A stretch of DNA of 31,924 bases from a virus (lineage: Duplodnaviria; Caudoviricetes): IMG/VR virus record IMGVR_UViG_3300042527_000337, positions 1-31,924 of that record; one strand, written 5' to 3'. Position numbers and translations under genes: made by a program. The notes under the pieces were generated by a model. The model saw nothing but the letters and a program-made list of their open reading frames with translations, did not search any database and had not been told where the DNA came from. The stretch's first letter is position 1, and each line of letters starts with the position of its first letter. Below, piece after piece: positions 24,101 through 31,924 of the stretch.

Positions 24101-27100
24101 GCTGGACTGGACGTACTTGAGCGGGTCTGCGACGGACTCCAGCCTGTCCCTCTCGGCCAGAACCTGCTCCCTGAGGGTCTTGAGTTCTGCGAACAACTTG
24201 CTGTTTTCGACGGACTTGAAGTCAGAGCCAAGGAATGCGTCTGGCTGAGGGCCGAACGTCGAGCCTTGGTACCTGTCTGACTGTAGTTCCTCAATGCCAA
24301 GTGCGGCGATGGTATCACGGCTCATGGACAGGGAGTTGCCCACCTCGGTGAGGTTGGCGTTCGCCCTGTGGTACGCAGTGACGATGACGTCGCTGTGGCG
24401 GGCGTGGCCAAGTTGCATGGTTCCACGGGGCGTGTTCTTGTGGCCAGAGTTGGCCATCCTGCTTTGGGCGACGGACTTGACCTTCATGATTCGCTCAATG
24501 GAGGCAATCTGCATGTCCAGCCTAGCGGCTTCTTCGGCGTTGTCTCCCACCCTTTCTCTCATCCTCTTAAGGTTGGCGATGTAGGCATTGGCCTTCTCAA
24601 GGCCCATGGAGGTATGTAGGGTGTCCCATCCGTACTGACCCACGCCACTGGTATAGCCAGCATAGTCTGGCTGGCCAGCGTTGTACTGAATGTTGTACGG
24701 GTACGCCTCCAAGTCAGCCTGAGGGAAGACATTCCTGTTGGTCTTGTTGCCAAGGCCGATGACAGGCTCTGCTTCGCTGGCACCCCAGTCGTTGATGACG
24801 TCGAGGTGCGTGGTGCTTGACCTGAAGTCTGGGATTTCGAAATCAAATCCAGCAAGCCTGCCGACGGCTTCAAGCCTAGCCTTGGCAAAGGCGTCATTGA
24901 AAATGTGCCTGTAAGTTTCAAGGACAGGCTCCGAAATTACTTCGCCAGCACCTTTAGGCCGCACGAAGTTTTCGTTGTCTACGCTGAGTGCCTCGGTTTC
25001 TGCCGTCTTCCTCGGGTATTCCTTGGACGCACTCTCAAGGATGGTCTTGGCCCCTTCTGGGCCAGCCTCGACCATCTGCTTGGCGGCTTCCTTTTCGTAG
25101 AACTGTTCGAGGGCGGTCCTGAGAGCCTCGTCGTGCATCTTCCTGACAGTGGCAAGATAAGCCACCATCTGGCCCTTTTCTTCCTCGGCGGCGGATTCAA
25201 TCTCTTCCTCAATTAACCTGAGGTGTTTCTCACGCTCCCTGTGGAATCGGGTTGCGGCAGAGGCGACTGCCTTGCTGGGGGAATTGACCCTAGCGAGGTA
25301 AGGAGAAGCGGGCATCTCGTCAGCCCTGCGGCCAGTCTGCGGGTACATGGCCCACAGGAACTTGGCCACCTCCATCTTGGTCAATTTGTTGTCCTTGTTG
25401 TCGTAAAGAAACTCGGCAAGACCAAGCACACGCATTTCATTCTTGGAAACTGCGTTCTCGACGAACATCTCGTACCATTCGTTGCCCGTGGCGACCTCGA
25501 CGGCCTTCTTGACTTTCTTGGTGGCACCATGCTTGTTCTTCTCCAGCATGGGAACAAGAGCGGTCCTGAGGACGTTAAGGGCCCTAGGTGCGAACTGGAT
25601 GTAGGAACCTCCGATGCCGAACTGCAGGCCACGCCTGATGTCGTGCTCGAACTGTCCGACGCCACCAGTAGAAAGACTGACGCTACGCCTCTGAGGGGCC
25701 TTGCCAGTGATAGACTCAGGCTTGAGCAACATAGCCTGTGCGGCCTGTGCGGCGGCTTTGGTGTCGAACGGAGTGTCGATGTTGCCTACGTAGAACTTGC
25801 CGTCATTGGCGTACACACGGGAGGTTTCAGTCTTACCCTTGGTGATGAACTCGTCCGAGACAGCAAGCCCAGCATATACGTCGGCCTTGCCGCTCTTGGG
25901 TCCGTAAGCCTTCTCGGCTTCATGTTCGGTAAGTTGATACTCGCCCTCCCTGAACAGGGCGGCGGGCACTTCGGCTTCGACGCCGCCAGCAAGCACGCTG
26001 TCCCTGTACTTGTTCGCTTCCGCTTCGGTCCTGAATGCCATTACCTTTCTGGTCTTGCTGACCATGCCAGCCTCGGTGACGCCAGAAACTACGTCATGGC
26101 CCACCATGTATCCGCTCTTGTCGCTCTTGCGAATAATGGTCAGGTTATGCTTCTTGCTGGAATCCCAAGCGTATCTTTCAAGGTGTGGCTGGTCTGGCAT
26201 CAGCATGCCGATGACGGCAGACCTGTCTCCGTTCATGGCGATGCCACGCTCGACGTCAGGCATGTAGTATCCGCTGTCGCTGGAAGTAAGCCTTTCGCTA
26301 AGCCTGCCGATGTCAGACAGGAGTTGCGGATTGTACATGACCAACTGATTGGCGACCCTGTTGACCTCGGCGGTCGGGTCGTATCCAGAGTGGGCAACTT
26401 CCGACACCCTGTACCCCTTGAGGGCTGGCATGCCGCCCTCTTTGGGTGCGGCAAGGGACTGCTCTTCGTGCATCTTGAGCATCTTCGTGAACGAAATGAC
26501 GTTGTCTTGGGACATCGCCCCACCCCAAGACAACTGGCCAGCCCAAGGGTTGTCTGACTCTCCCCTCCTGAGGTAGTGCTCCATCCTCATGACCTGTTGC
26601 ATCTTGTCCTGATTCTTCAAGGCCATGCCGTGGTAAGCCGCCATGGTGAAGTAAGCAGTCTGAATGTCTTCGAGCGTTGCGTTCTTTGGCAGGATAATGG
26701 TGCTGTAGGAATTCTCTGGAGAACTGGACATGAGCAAGTCGCTCAGGTCAGTGTACTGGCCTACGTGCTCGGAGTTACTCAATTCAAGGGAGGCAAAATC
26801 AAGTGCGTCACTTCCCTCCCTAATCTTGGCAATCGACTTTACGCCTTGGCCGAATTTATCGGGCGAGAGATGGGAACTGACTCCAGACACACGGGAGTTT
26901 CCGCCAAGCCTTCCGAGGAGGGCTCGCTTAGCCATGGACCTAGCGGCCAGTTCATGCTGTCTGAGGACTGGGGCTGAACTGAAATCCATTAACTTTGCGA
27001 CGCTCGCTTGAATGGCACCCGCCTTGTTCTTGAATTCGGTAGAATAGGTTCCGAAGATGGGGAGTGCGTGGTGAGCGGACTGCGGAATGAGCGTCTTGCT

Positions 27101-30100
27101 CTGAACGTCCCAGCCAAGCGTACGCCTATGGGAATAGCCAAGGGCGTTCACGTAATTGTCGCTGAAGATGCCGTCGTAGTATCCGCTGACATCCGTATTC
27201 GGAGAGATGTTCAGCATGATTCTTCCGTCCTCCAGCCTAGTCCAAGCGAAACCAACCTTGGGCTTGTCCCTTTCTGCCGCTATTGCGGAGTCGAACGGCA
27301 TGCCGCTCCAAGAGTTGCTTTGCACGTGGCCTGCATAGAATGCGTCAGCACGGCGGCTTTCATTCGGGAGTCCGACGTAGTTCAAAGACTGCCTCCTTGC
27401 CGCACTGAACCTAGCGGGCTGTACCGACAGGGTCTCTTTGCCCATGGCAGAAGCGATGGAAGCGAGCCTGCTAACAATCAATTCCCTGCGTACCCTGCTG
27501 GACACGTTTGCCTTCCTAGTCTTAAGGCTAAGTGCGTATTTGCCTCTGCCCGTAGTGCCTACGGACAGGGTTTTGTCCAGAGTGTCCACAAGCCAAGCAT
27601 CCTTGACTCCGAACGAACCCTGAGTGTCGACGTATTCGTTTTCTAAAGCCTGTCGGGTGGCCATCTCAGTGATGGCGGTGTGCATGTCTACTTCTTCTGG
27701 GCGTACCCCAGTGACATATCCAGTGCCACGCTTGATGGCGGCCGCTTCGGTGTCCTTGAAAGCAACCCTACTGTTATTTCCGCCGAACAATGAACCGATG
27801 ACTGGGTCATGGCCGTCCGAAGATTCAAGGTCAATGGAATCGACATCCATTCCGTAGGACTTCGAACGACGTTTCTTTTCTAGGTTACGCCTGACCTTCA
27901 GAATGGGCTCTTGGCCTTGTACAGTGACGGCAAGTTTTCCGTCCCGCCTGTAAGCATGCGGCCTAGGACTGCGGGTCTTGGTCTTTTTCATGGCGGCGAC
28001 GCCGAAGAAATAACCACGCCAGAACTCTTGGTCTATGCCCTGAGAAGAGATTTGCTCGCTGACGTATTTGATTACTTCTGCAGGCAGGCCCTGCTTGGCC
28101 TGAGTTTTGTAGATTTCGCTGTCTCCGTACAGGTGGTCGTAGCCATAGGTGGCACCTTCGTCTACGGCCCTGATGAACTCGGCAGACCTTTCAGGCCTGA
28201 CCTTTGACATCTTCACGCCCTGAAGGACGTTCAGCCTTAGCATGACTCCGTCAACTGCCTGCGTGGAAGAGGACTCGTACAGCAACCTGCTTAGGTTGTT
28301 CTTGTCCACCATCAGGAACCACTGGCTCAGAAGTTCGTTGAATGCGTTAGCCTGAGCCCTGTCACGCATGTCGGCGGTCTCGGCCATGGCCACCAATTCA
28401 TGGTATGGTCCGACATCAAGGGTGTTACGGACGTTCATTATGTGCCCTTCCTTGGCTTCTGCGAAGCCGATTAGGTCATGGGACAGTACGTAGGGGGCGA
28501 CAAGGTTTCCTAGGACGGCTCGGTTAATCCTCATGCCTTGCGGATGAAGGACGGGGTCTTGGCTTTGACGCCCCATGTTGTCGAACACTCCGCCCGTGTT
28601 GTAGTCGGCCTGAATCTGGTCACGCCTATTGGACAATGCCCACTGGATGAGGGATTCGCCTCCTGCGTCATTGTGGAGAGAAGCAAACACGTTCTGGCTG
28701 AGGAACATCGTGCCATCCAGAATCTTTTCGATGTTGGAAGGAGGGGCCTCAAGGATTCCTTCTGCGTTGTAAATAGACCTCGTGATGAAATCCATTTCCA
28801 CGTCATACCTCATGGACGGGGTGATTGTCGGCTGAGTGGCAGAGGGGGACTCAAAGATGGAGCCGCCGTACATGCCAGTGACCTTCGCCTCCATATTGAA
28901 CGCCCTCTTATTGGCCTGAAGGACGACGTGCCTAGGAACGGCATTGGAGGTATTGAAGGACTCCAGAGTGACGGAAGTGGGTGCGTCAGAGTCTGCCAGT
29001 GCCACGTCCACGTCGACGAACGAATCCTTCCCGTGGGTGATAATAGAGACGCCAGTCGTGTTGGTCCTTCTGGTGGAGCCCGTTCGAATCATGGAGCCGA
29101 AGTCTATGAGCCCAGACTGGTGTGCACCCTGTTGCTGGTAAAGTGGGTGCAACGGGCTTACCGCCCTGAGTTCGTCTAACTGCATCTGCATCACCTTAGC
29201 CATGTCGGCGTAGCGGGCCTTATGTTCGGCCTTTCTGACTTCAAGCCTGTCGGCAAGGGCTTCGATTGACTGCTCCTTTGTTAAGCCAGCCGCAACGCCC
29301 TTTTCGAACTCCTGCTTGACGAAGGTTCCGTAACTGTAGTCGTCAAAATCAAAACTGCTGTCGCTTAGGTAGTTCTTGAAGCCATTGACCTCGTCAATCA
29401 TGCGTTCGATGTTCAGAAGCCCTTCTTCACCGACTTCGATTGCCTCCTGAAGCCTAGTAGCGATGTTGCCAATCGAGTCTTCGGTGCTCCAGTTGTTGTG
29501 AAGCGTGGACATCTGGAACGAAATTGCCTCCGCTCCGCCGTCCTTTATGACGCTCCTGATGTTCCTGTCCGCACCTACCCTGTCCAAGTAACTAAGGTTT
29601 CCATACGCCGTAATCTCGGCGGACGTACGATTTCCGCTGGGCTGGAACTCAAGTCCAGTCTCAACACGTGAAAATCCAGTGTTTGCATCAGACATTTCTC
29701 CGAGGTGCTGGAGCATGAAGCCGCCAGCAAGTGTCCTAAGTGACGGCATGTTTGGGTTGGAGAACGGCAACTGATAGGTCTCACCCCTTCCCGTTCCTCC
29801 TAGGTCCGAACTATCTGACAGGATTGATGTCTTGCCGTAGATTCTGTTCAAGCCGCCTTGGATATAACTGCCAGACACGGAGCCCGAGACGGCACCAATG
29901 TAAGAAGGCTTGGTTTGGTTTGACGTTTCTTGTGCACCAATGCTTTCCCAAGGAGTCGTTCTGATGAGGGACTTTTCAATTTCAGTCAGCATCAGCAGGG
30001 CAATCTTTGACTTGATGCTCCTGTCCTGTTCTCCCACCCTGAGCATGTTGTCCGCAAAAGCCTCAAGCATCGGCTTTATCATGTAGGACATACGCTCGAG

Positions 30101-31924
30101 CCTGTTGTTAAGTTTTCTTACTAGGTCCCTGTTGCTCGTAGAGCCTCCGACATTCTCGATGGTCTCACGCTGGAACCTAGAAGACAGGCCCTTTGCTATG
30201 CGGCTTTTGATTTGTGCGACAGCGGCCTTGTCAGCCTCTCCGTGAATGAACGTTTCGAGAGACGGCACGGAGAACTTGTATTCGGTTCCAGTAAGAACGA
30301 ACTTGCCAATGACGAAGTCCTTAGACTCGTACGAAAAGACCTGAGTCGAGTTATCGCCAATCATGGTACGCTCGGCAAAAGCCCTAGAGCGGTCACCAAA
30401 TGCCTTAACTAACTTCTGGGCGTTTTCGGTTTCCTTGGACCTAGCCATTACTTCTGGGCTTACAACCTCACCGATGCCGAATCCTTTCCTAGAAGAGGAA
30501 TAAGGAAGCCTAGTCTGATGGTGGTTATAGGCGAAAATGTTCAGCAGGTCATTCTTAGTAAGGACCATGTCCTTATCCAGACTGCTGACCACCCTGTTAA
30601 GGAGAACGGCATCGGCCGCTTCCTTGCTGTACTTCCTGTCTCCTTCTCCAGAAAGAAGCCCCATGACTTCACCGACCTTGAACATCGGCGGGAATTCGTC
30701 AGACGCCACCAAGTCCATCAACGAGTTTCCAAGAGACAGGACGTCTTCGGAGGCGACCTTAGCACCAGCAATTTCCAAGATTTCGGCCATGGTGTAGGTG
30801 CCGTTTTCCTTGGTCTCGAACGGGACGACGTAACTGTTGCTTTCGGACCTGTCGTATTTGTCATACTGGTGCAAGGTGCCGAACTTTTGACTGAACCTAC
30901 GAACGGCGGCTTCATAGTCTCCTTCGACAATGTAGTTGCCAGTCTTGAGGGTGATTCGGCCGTCTTCGACAGCCCAGCCACGCTCAGAGACAACGAACCT
31001 GTTGAGCATTGTCAGTTCATCCGAGGCACGGGCCAAAATGTGCCTTACCAGCGATAGTTTGCCCATCATGGCAAAGCCTTGGCTGTCTTCGGCCTTTTCG
31101 CCTATGCCGCCGATGGACTGCATGACGACATGGACTGGGTTGCGTCCTCCAGCCTCGAAGGCGTCAAGCCCCCTAGTCTGCCCTTCCATGAGTTGAGAGG
31201 GGGTGATGACGTCAGACTTGCCGATGGCGTTAGAGATGATGGCCATCACAGAACCTTCGGGCAGGATGTCGGCCGTGTACTTCCTAGGCTTTTCGGCGAG
31301 TTCGCTCTGAGTAAGCATACGCCTGTCCTCGGTCTCACGGGCCATCCGTTCCTCGGGCCTGATGAGGTAGTTGAGGTCGATGTAGTCCTCTAAGGACTGC
31401 CTGATAAGGAGTGCCCTCTGCTCGGGCGTGGAGTGCTCCATGGCCACGACGCTCCTGACAAGTCCTAGTGCGGACGTAGCGGCCCTGAATTCGACGTCAA
31501 AGTGAGACTTGATGGAGTACTGGGCATTGGTCCTTCTGACCTTCTCCCTTATCTTCATCATGTTCTTGTAAGCGGAAAGGTACTCAGAAGGGGACTCGGC
31601 CCTGCCGACCTCAGCCTGCAGGTCTAGCACCTTCTTGGCGATTTCTCTGTCAATGCGGCCAGCGTCAGCCTCAGAGGCAATGATGCCCGCAAAGTTCCTC
31701 ATGGCGGTCTTCATAAGGTGACCTGCCCTCATGTTGAGATGCCTGACTACTGGAGATTCGTTTGCCAAAGCCAGCCTGTTGGCAAGTTCTCCGACGTCAC
31801 GGGCGGCGGTCTTGTCTGCGTCAGACCATAGGCTGTCGGCGGCGATGCTCTTTCCGATTTGCTCGGACAGCGAGAAGTTACTCCTGATGCCAAGCAGGTT
31901 GGCGTAATGGCCGAGCACGACCTC
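21110..31924 (-). CDS. Giant virion internal/ejection-type protein, >3600 aa, 5'-truncated
   Basis: Uninterrupted 10.8 kb ORF open to the window edge (GAG GTC precedes the GTG); no Cys seen; H.R...IEELQSD motif; located at the end of a late operon before the lysis genes. Confidence 0.75.
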   Translation of the reverse strand, partial: EVVLGHYANLLGIRSNFSLSEQIGKSIAADSLWSDADKTAARDVGELANRLALANESPVVRHLNMRAGHLMKTAMRNFAGIIASEADAGRIDREIAKKVLDLQAEVGRAESPSEYLSAYKNMMKIREKVRRTNAQYSIKSHFDVEFRAATSALGLVRSVVAMEHSTPEQRALLIRQSLEDYIDLNYLIRPEERMARETEDRRMLTQSELAEKPRKYTADILPEGSVMAIISNAIGKSDVITPSQLMEGQTRGLDAFEAGGRNPVHVVMQSIGGIGEKAEDSQGFAMMGKLSLVRHILARASDELTMLNRFVVSERGWAVEDGRITLKTGNYIVEGDYEAAVRRFSQKFGTLHQYDKYDRSESNSYVVPFETKENGTYTMAEILEIAGAKVASEDVLSLGNSLMDLVASDEFPPMFKVGEVMGLLSGEGDRKYSKEAADAVLLNRVVSSLDKDMVLTKNDLLNIFAYNHHQTRLPYSSSRKGFGIGEVVSPEVMARSKETENAQKLVKAFGDRSRAFAERTMIGDNSTQVFSYESKDFVIGKFVLTGTEYKFSVPSLETFIHGEADKAAVAQIKSRIAKGLSSRFQRETIENVGGSTSNRDLVRKLNNRLERMSYMIKPMLEAFADNMLRVGEQDRSIKSKIALLMLTEIEKSLIRTTPWESIGAQETSNQTKPSYIGAVSGSVSGSYIQGGLNRIYGKTSILSDSSDLGGTGRGETYQLPFSNPNMPSLRTLAGGFMLQHLGEMSDANTGFSRVETGLEFQPSGNRTSAEITAYGNLSYLDRVGADRNIRSVIKDGGAEAISFQMSTLHNNWSTEDSIGNIATRLQEAIEVGEEGLLNIERMIDEVNGFKNYLSDSSFDFDDYSYGTFVKQEFEKGVAAGLTKEQSIEALADRLEVRKAEHKARYADMAKVMQMQLDELRAVSPLHPLYQQQGAHQSGLIDFGSMIRTGSTRRTNTTGVSIITHGKDSFVDVDVALADSDAPTSVTLESFNTSNAVPRHVVLQANKRAFNMEAKVTGMYGGSIFESPSATQPTITPSMRYDVEMDFITRSIYNAEGILEAPPSNIEKILDGTMFLSQNVFASLHNDAGGESLIQWALSNRRDQIQADYNTGGVFDNMGRQSQDPVLHPQGMRINRAVLGNLVAPYVLSHDLIGFAEAKEGHIMNVRNTLDVGPYHELVAMAETADMRDRAQANAFNELLSQWFLMVDKNNLSRLLYESSSTQAVDGVMLRLNVLQGVKMSKVRPERSAEFIRAVDEGATYGYDHLYGDSEIYKTQAKQGLPAEVIKYVSEQISSQGIDQEFWRGYFFGVAAMKKTKTRSPRPHAYRRDGKLAVTVQGQEPILKVRRNLEKKRRSKSYGMDVDSIDLESSDGHDPVIGSLFGGNNSRVAFKDTEAAAIKRGTGYVTGVRPEEVDMHTAITEMATRQALENEYVDTQGSFGVKDAWLVDTLDKTLSVGTTGRGKYALSLKTRKANVSSRVRRELIVSRLASIASAMGKETLSVQPARFSAARRQSLNYVGLPNESRRADAFYAGHVQSNSWSGMPFDSAIAAERDKPKVGFAWTRLEDGRIMLNISPNTDVSGYYDGIFSDNYVNALGYSHRRTLGWDVQSKTLIPQSAHHALPIFGTYSTEFKNKAGAIQASVAKLMDFSSAPVLRQHELAARSMAKRALLGRLGGNSRVSGVSSHLSPDKFGQGVKSIAKIREGSDALDFASLELSNSEHVGQYTDLSDLLMSSSPENSYSTIILPKNATLEDIQTAYFTMAAYHGMALKNQDKMQQVMRMEHYLRRGESDNPWAGQLSWGGAMSQDNVISFTKMLKMHEEQSLAAPKEGGMPALKGYRVSEVAHSGYDPTAEVNRVANQLVMYNPQLLSDIGRLSERLTSSDSGYYMPDVERGIAMNGDRSAVIGMLMPDQPHLERYAWDSSKKHNLTIIRKSDKSGYMVGHDVVSGVTEAGMVSKTRKVMAFRTEAEANKYRDSVLAGGVEAEVPAALFREGEYQLTEHEAEKAYGPKSGKADVYAGLAVSDEFITKGKTETSRVYANDGKFYVGNIDTPFDTKAAAQAAQAMLLKPESITGKAPQRRSVSLSTGGVGQFEHDIRRGLQFGIGGSYIQFAPRALNVLRTALVPMLEKNKHGATKKVKKAVEVATGNEWYEMFVENAVSKNEMRVLGLAEFLYDNKDNKLTKMEVAKFLWAMYPQTGRRADEMPASPYLARVNSPSKAVASAATRFHREREKHLRLIEEEIESAAEEEKGQMVAYLATVRKMHDEALRTALEQFYEKEAAKQMVEAGPEGAKTILESASKEYPRKTAETEALSVDNENFVRPKGAGEVISEPVLETYRHIFNDAFAKARLEAVGRLAGFDFEIPDFRSSTTHLDVINDWGASEAEPVIGLGNKTNRNVFPQADLEAYPYNIQYNAGQPDYAGYTSGVGQYGWDTLHTSMGLEKANAYIANLKRMRERVGDNAEEAARLDMQIASIERIMKVKSVAQSRMANSGHKNTPRGTMQLGHARHSDVIVTAYHRANANLTEVGNSLSMSRDTIAALGIEELQSDRYQGSTFGPQPDAFLGSDFKSVENSKLFAELKTLREQVLAERDRLESVADPLKYVQSSVKSKHKTVIRRVIADREIRKATPFLLYAVAINKGLVGEENGIVLDFEKTHKVSPDTAKKYGLKDNNIPTVVFTEKYEGALHESMLELVHQAESGQLHYGAMGEVYGFGMGRVLGLAATTLDNYWHYMSENSTDNLVRYIASVGLQFNPEFMGKLDWLGEYYKNELDYNDAAKHGVNFDKIALESLLDFRRRVERFEARTDQVREWKMKTLIGIKRAEELYYEPAHLLTDFRNKRDLHSKIHEPWQPEAAYASEIRVDYKRPYRIEGQRITNIASNIERYVRMEDLVELGISPDDIVQNQRKLMAKMRYMDYNFVELTPAQAVAMDIRLVGQVLGVTAEQAAELMAKRDSARSYINETFLKVLTKPEEVTFPELDRLGDYGMKVIQAVDIDFDNTSGNPVSRARGSQHTESRTLLGKMFEMNAAAIVSVYRANVPDPVMEKAKARIVEIEALVGKVDSDAFTYPDTIPLGEDGAYRGVMTNWYVMRALQNRKDALVVMDARHHRKRYDSNRNIVGLFNLGGGIIAPINISGFKYSEFMAAGYIMHEAKKRTTHGGFLEALHNGNLHQIPDAEQFLSNEKKITWNNVEGLLEDHLMESAREIIDELPMFTSGKTAIGMRASVKSVIDLALKHSNTYRDSSQATLKGLVKATRSGSRTPESIFEQIKSSGITDGADVAKRVATHIAKPQGVFLSVPVGRTHGYATNYGAPLWHNKIYYAGMHDALVNQVSHDAFETPDIIMVDGKYSIIDKKTGKPIAEGIVSFNEAQEKAAQNAKYLGAVPIVSNFLKSYKGMGAYAMEAFMLTGHGPSSMAQTMSNKLFSTADARSSGRQVAFGGMTIAGGMAGAESGNLQNQMTTSFGSKTPTEDFMKQGTNMGLNREDAVHGLFGPDSGDPASTAMENSVAMHAMGLRATSSADEVAAATARMVGFTGPMLVIRPKYPNANHVAEAKKMIVQGIPFMSLRGVDSNQAMTKQAVEMYKFYTAGRGQKRDEPRPESN

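Noticed and set aside
21110-31924. Giant ORF as an N4-like or crAss-like virion RNA polymerase
   Set aside because: Size and lack of Cys fit, but I could not find correctly spaced T7-type motifs (Rx3Kx7YG) or a DFDGD/DFDID motif; DIDFD near 22925-22939 and RNLEKKRRSKSYG are only partial look-alikes. The N-terminus is missing, so this is not fully excluded

Overview
A 31.9 kb segment of a tailed dsDNA bacteriophage (podovirus-like gene set, roughly 55-60% GC, standard genetic code), truncated at both ends. From left to right: (i) a minus-strand packaging/morphogenesis operon with a RusA resolvase, a block of very basic ORFs, terminase large subunit, HTH protein, portal, scaffold, DUF5309/SU10-type major capsid and adaptor/tail proteins; (ii) a switch region with an oppositely oriented TerS-like gene, a CTAG-rich possible packaging region, a PD-(D/E)XK-like protein and a lysozyme-fold enzyme; (iii) a plus-strand early/replication arm that opens with three tandem ~77-nt CCA-ending RNA units (only the middle one is a canonical tRNA-His) and continues with a histone-fold protein, a RecE-like exonuclease, an initiator with internal iterons, a DnaC-like loader, an ERF annealing protein and tRNA-Arg(CCU); (iv) a minus-strand holin, a u-spanin-like lipoprotein and a giant (>3600 aa, 5'-truncated) cysteine-free virion/ejection-type protein with an apparent internal domain duplication. 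The most notable signals are the phage-encoded histone-fold gene, the non-canonical CCA-ended RNA cassette, near-complete avoidance of GATC/AGCT/CCGG/GCGC/CGCG alongside AGG-rich Arg usage and a phage tRNA-Arg(CCU), and G-poor (CA)n leaders in place of Shine-Dalgarno sites. All family assignments come from motif recognition by eye; no searches were run.
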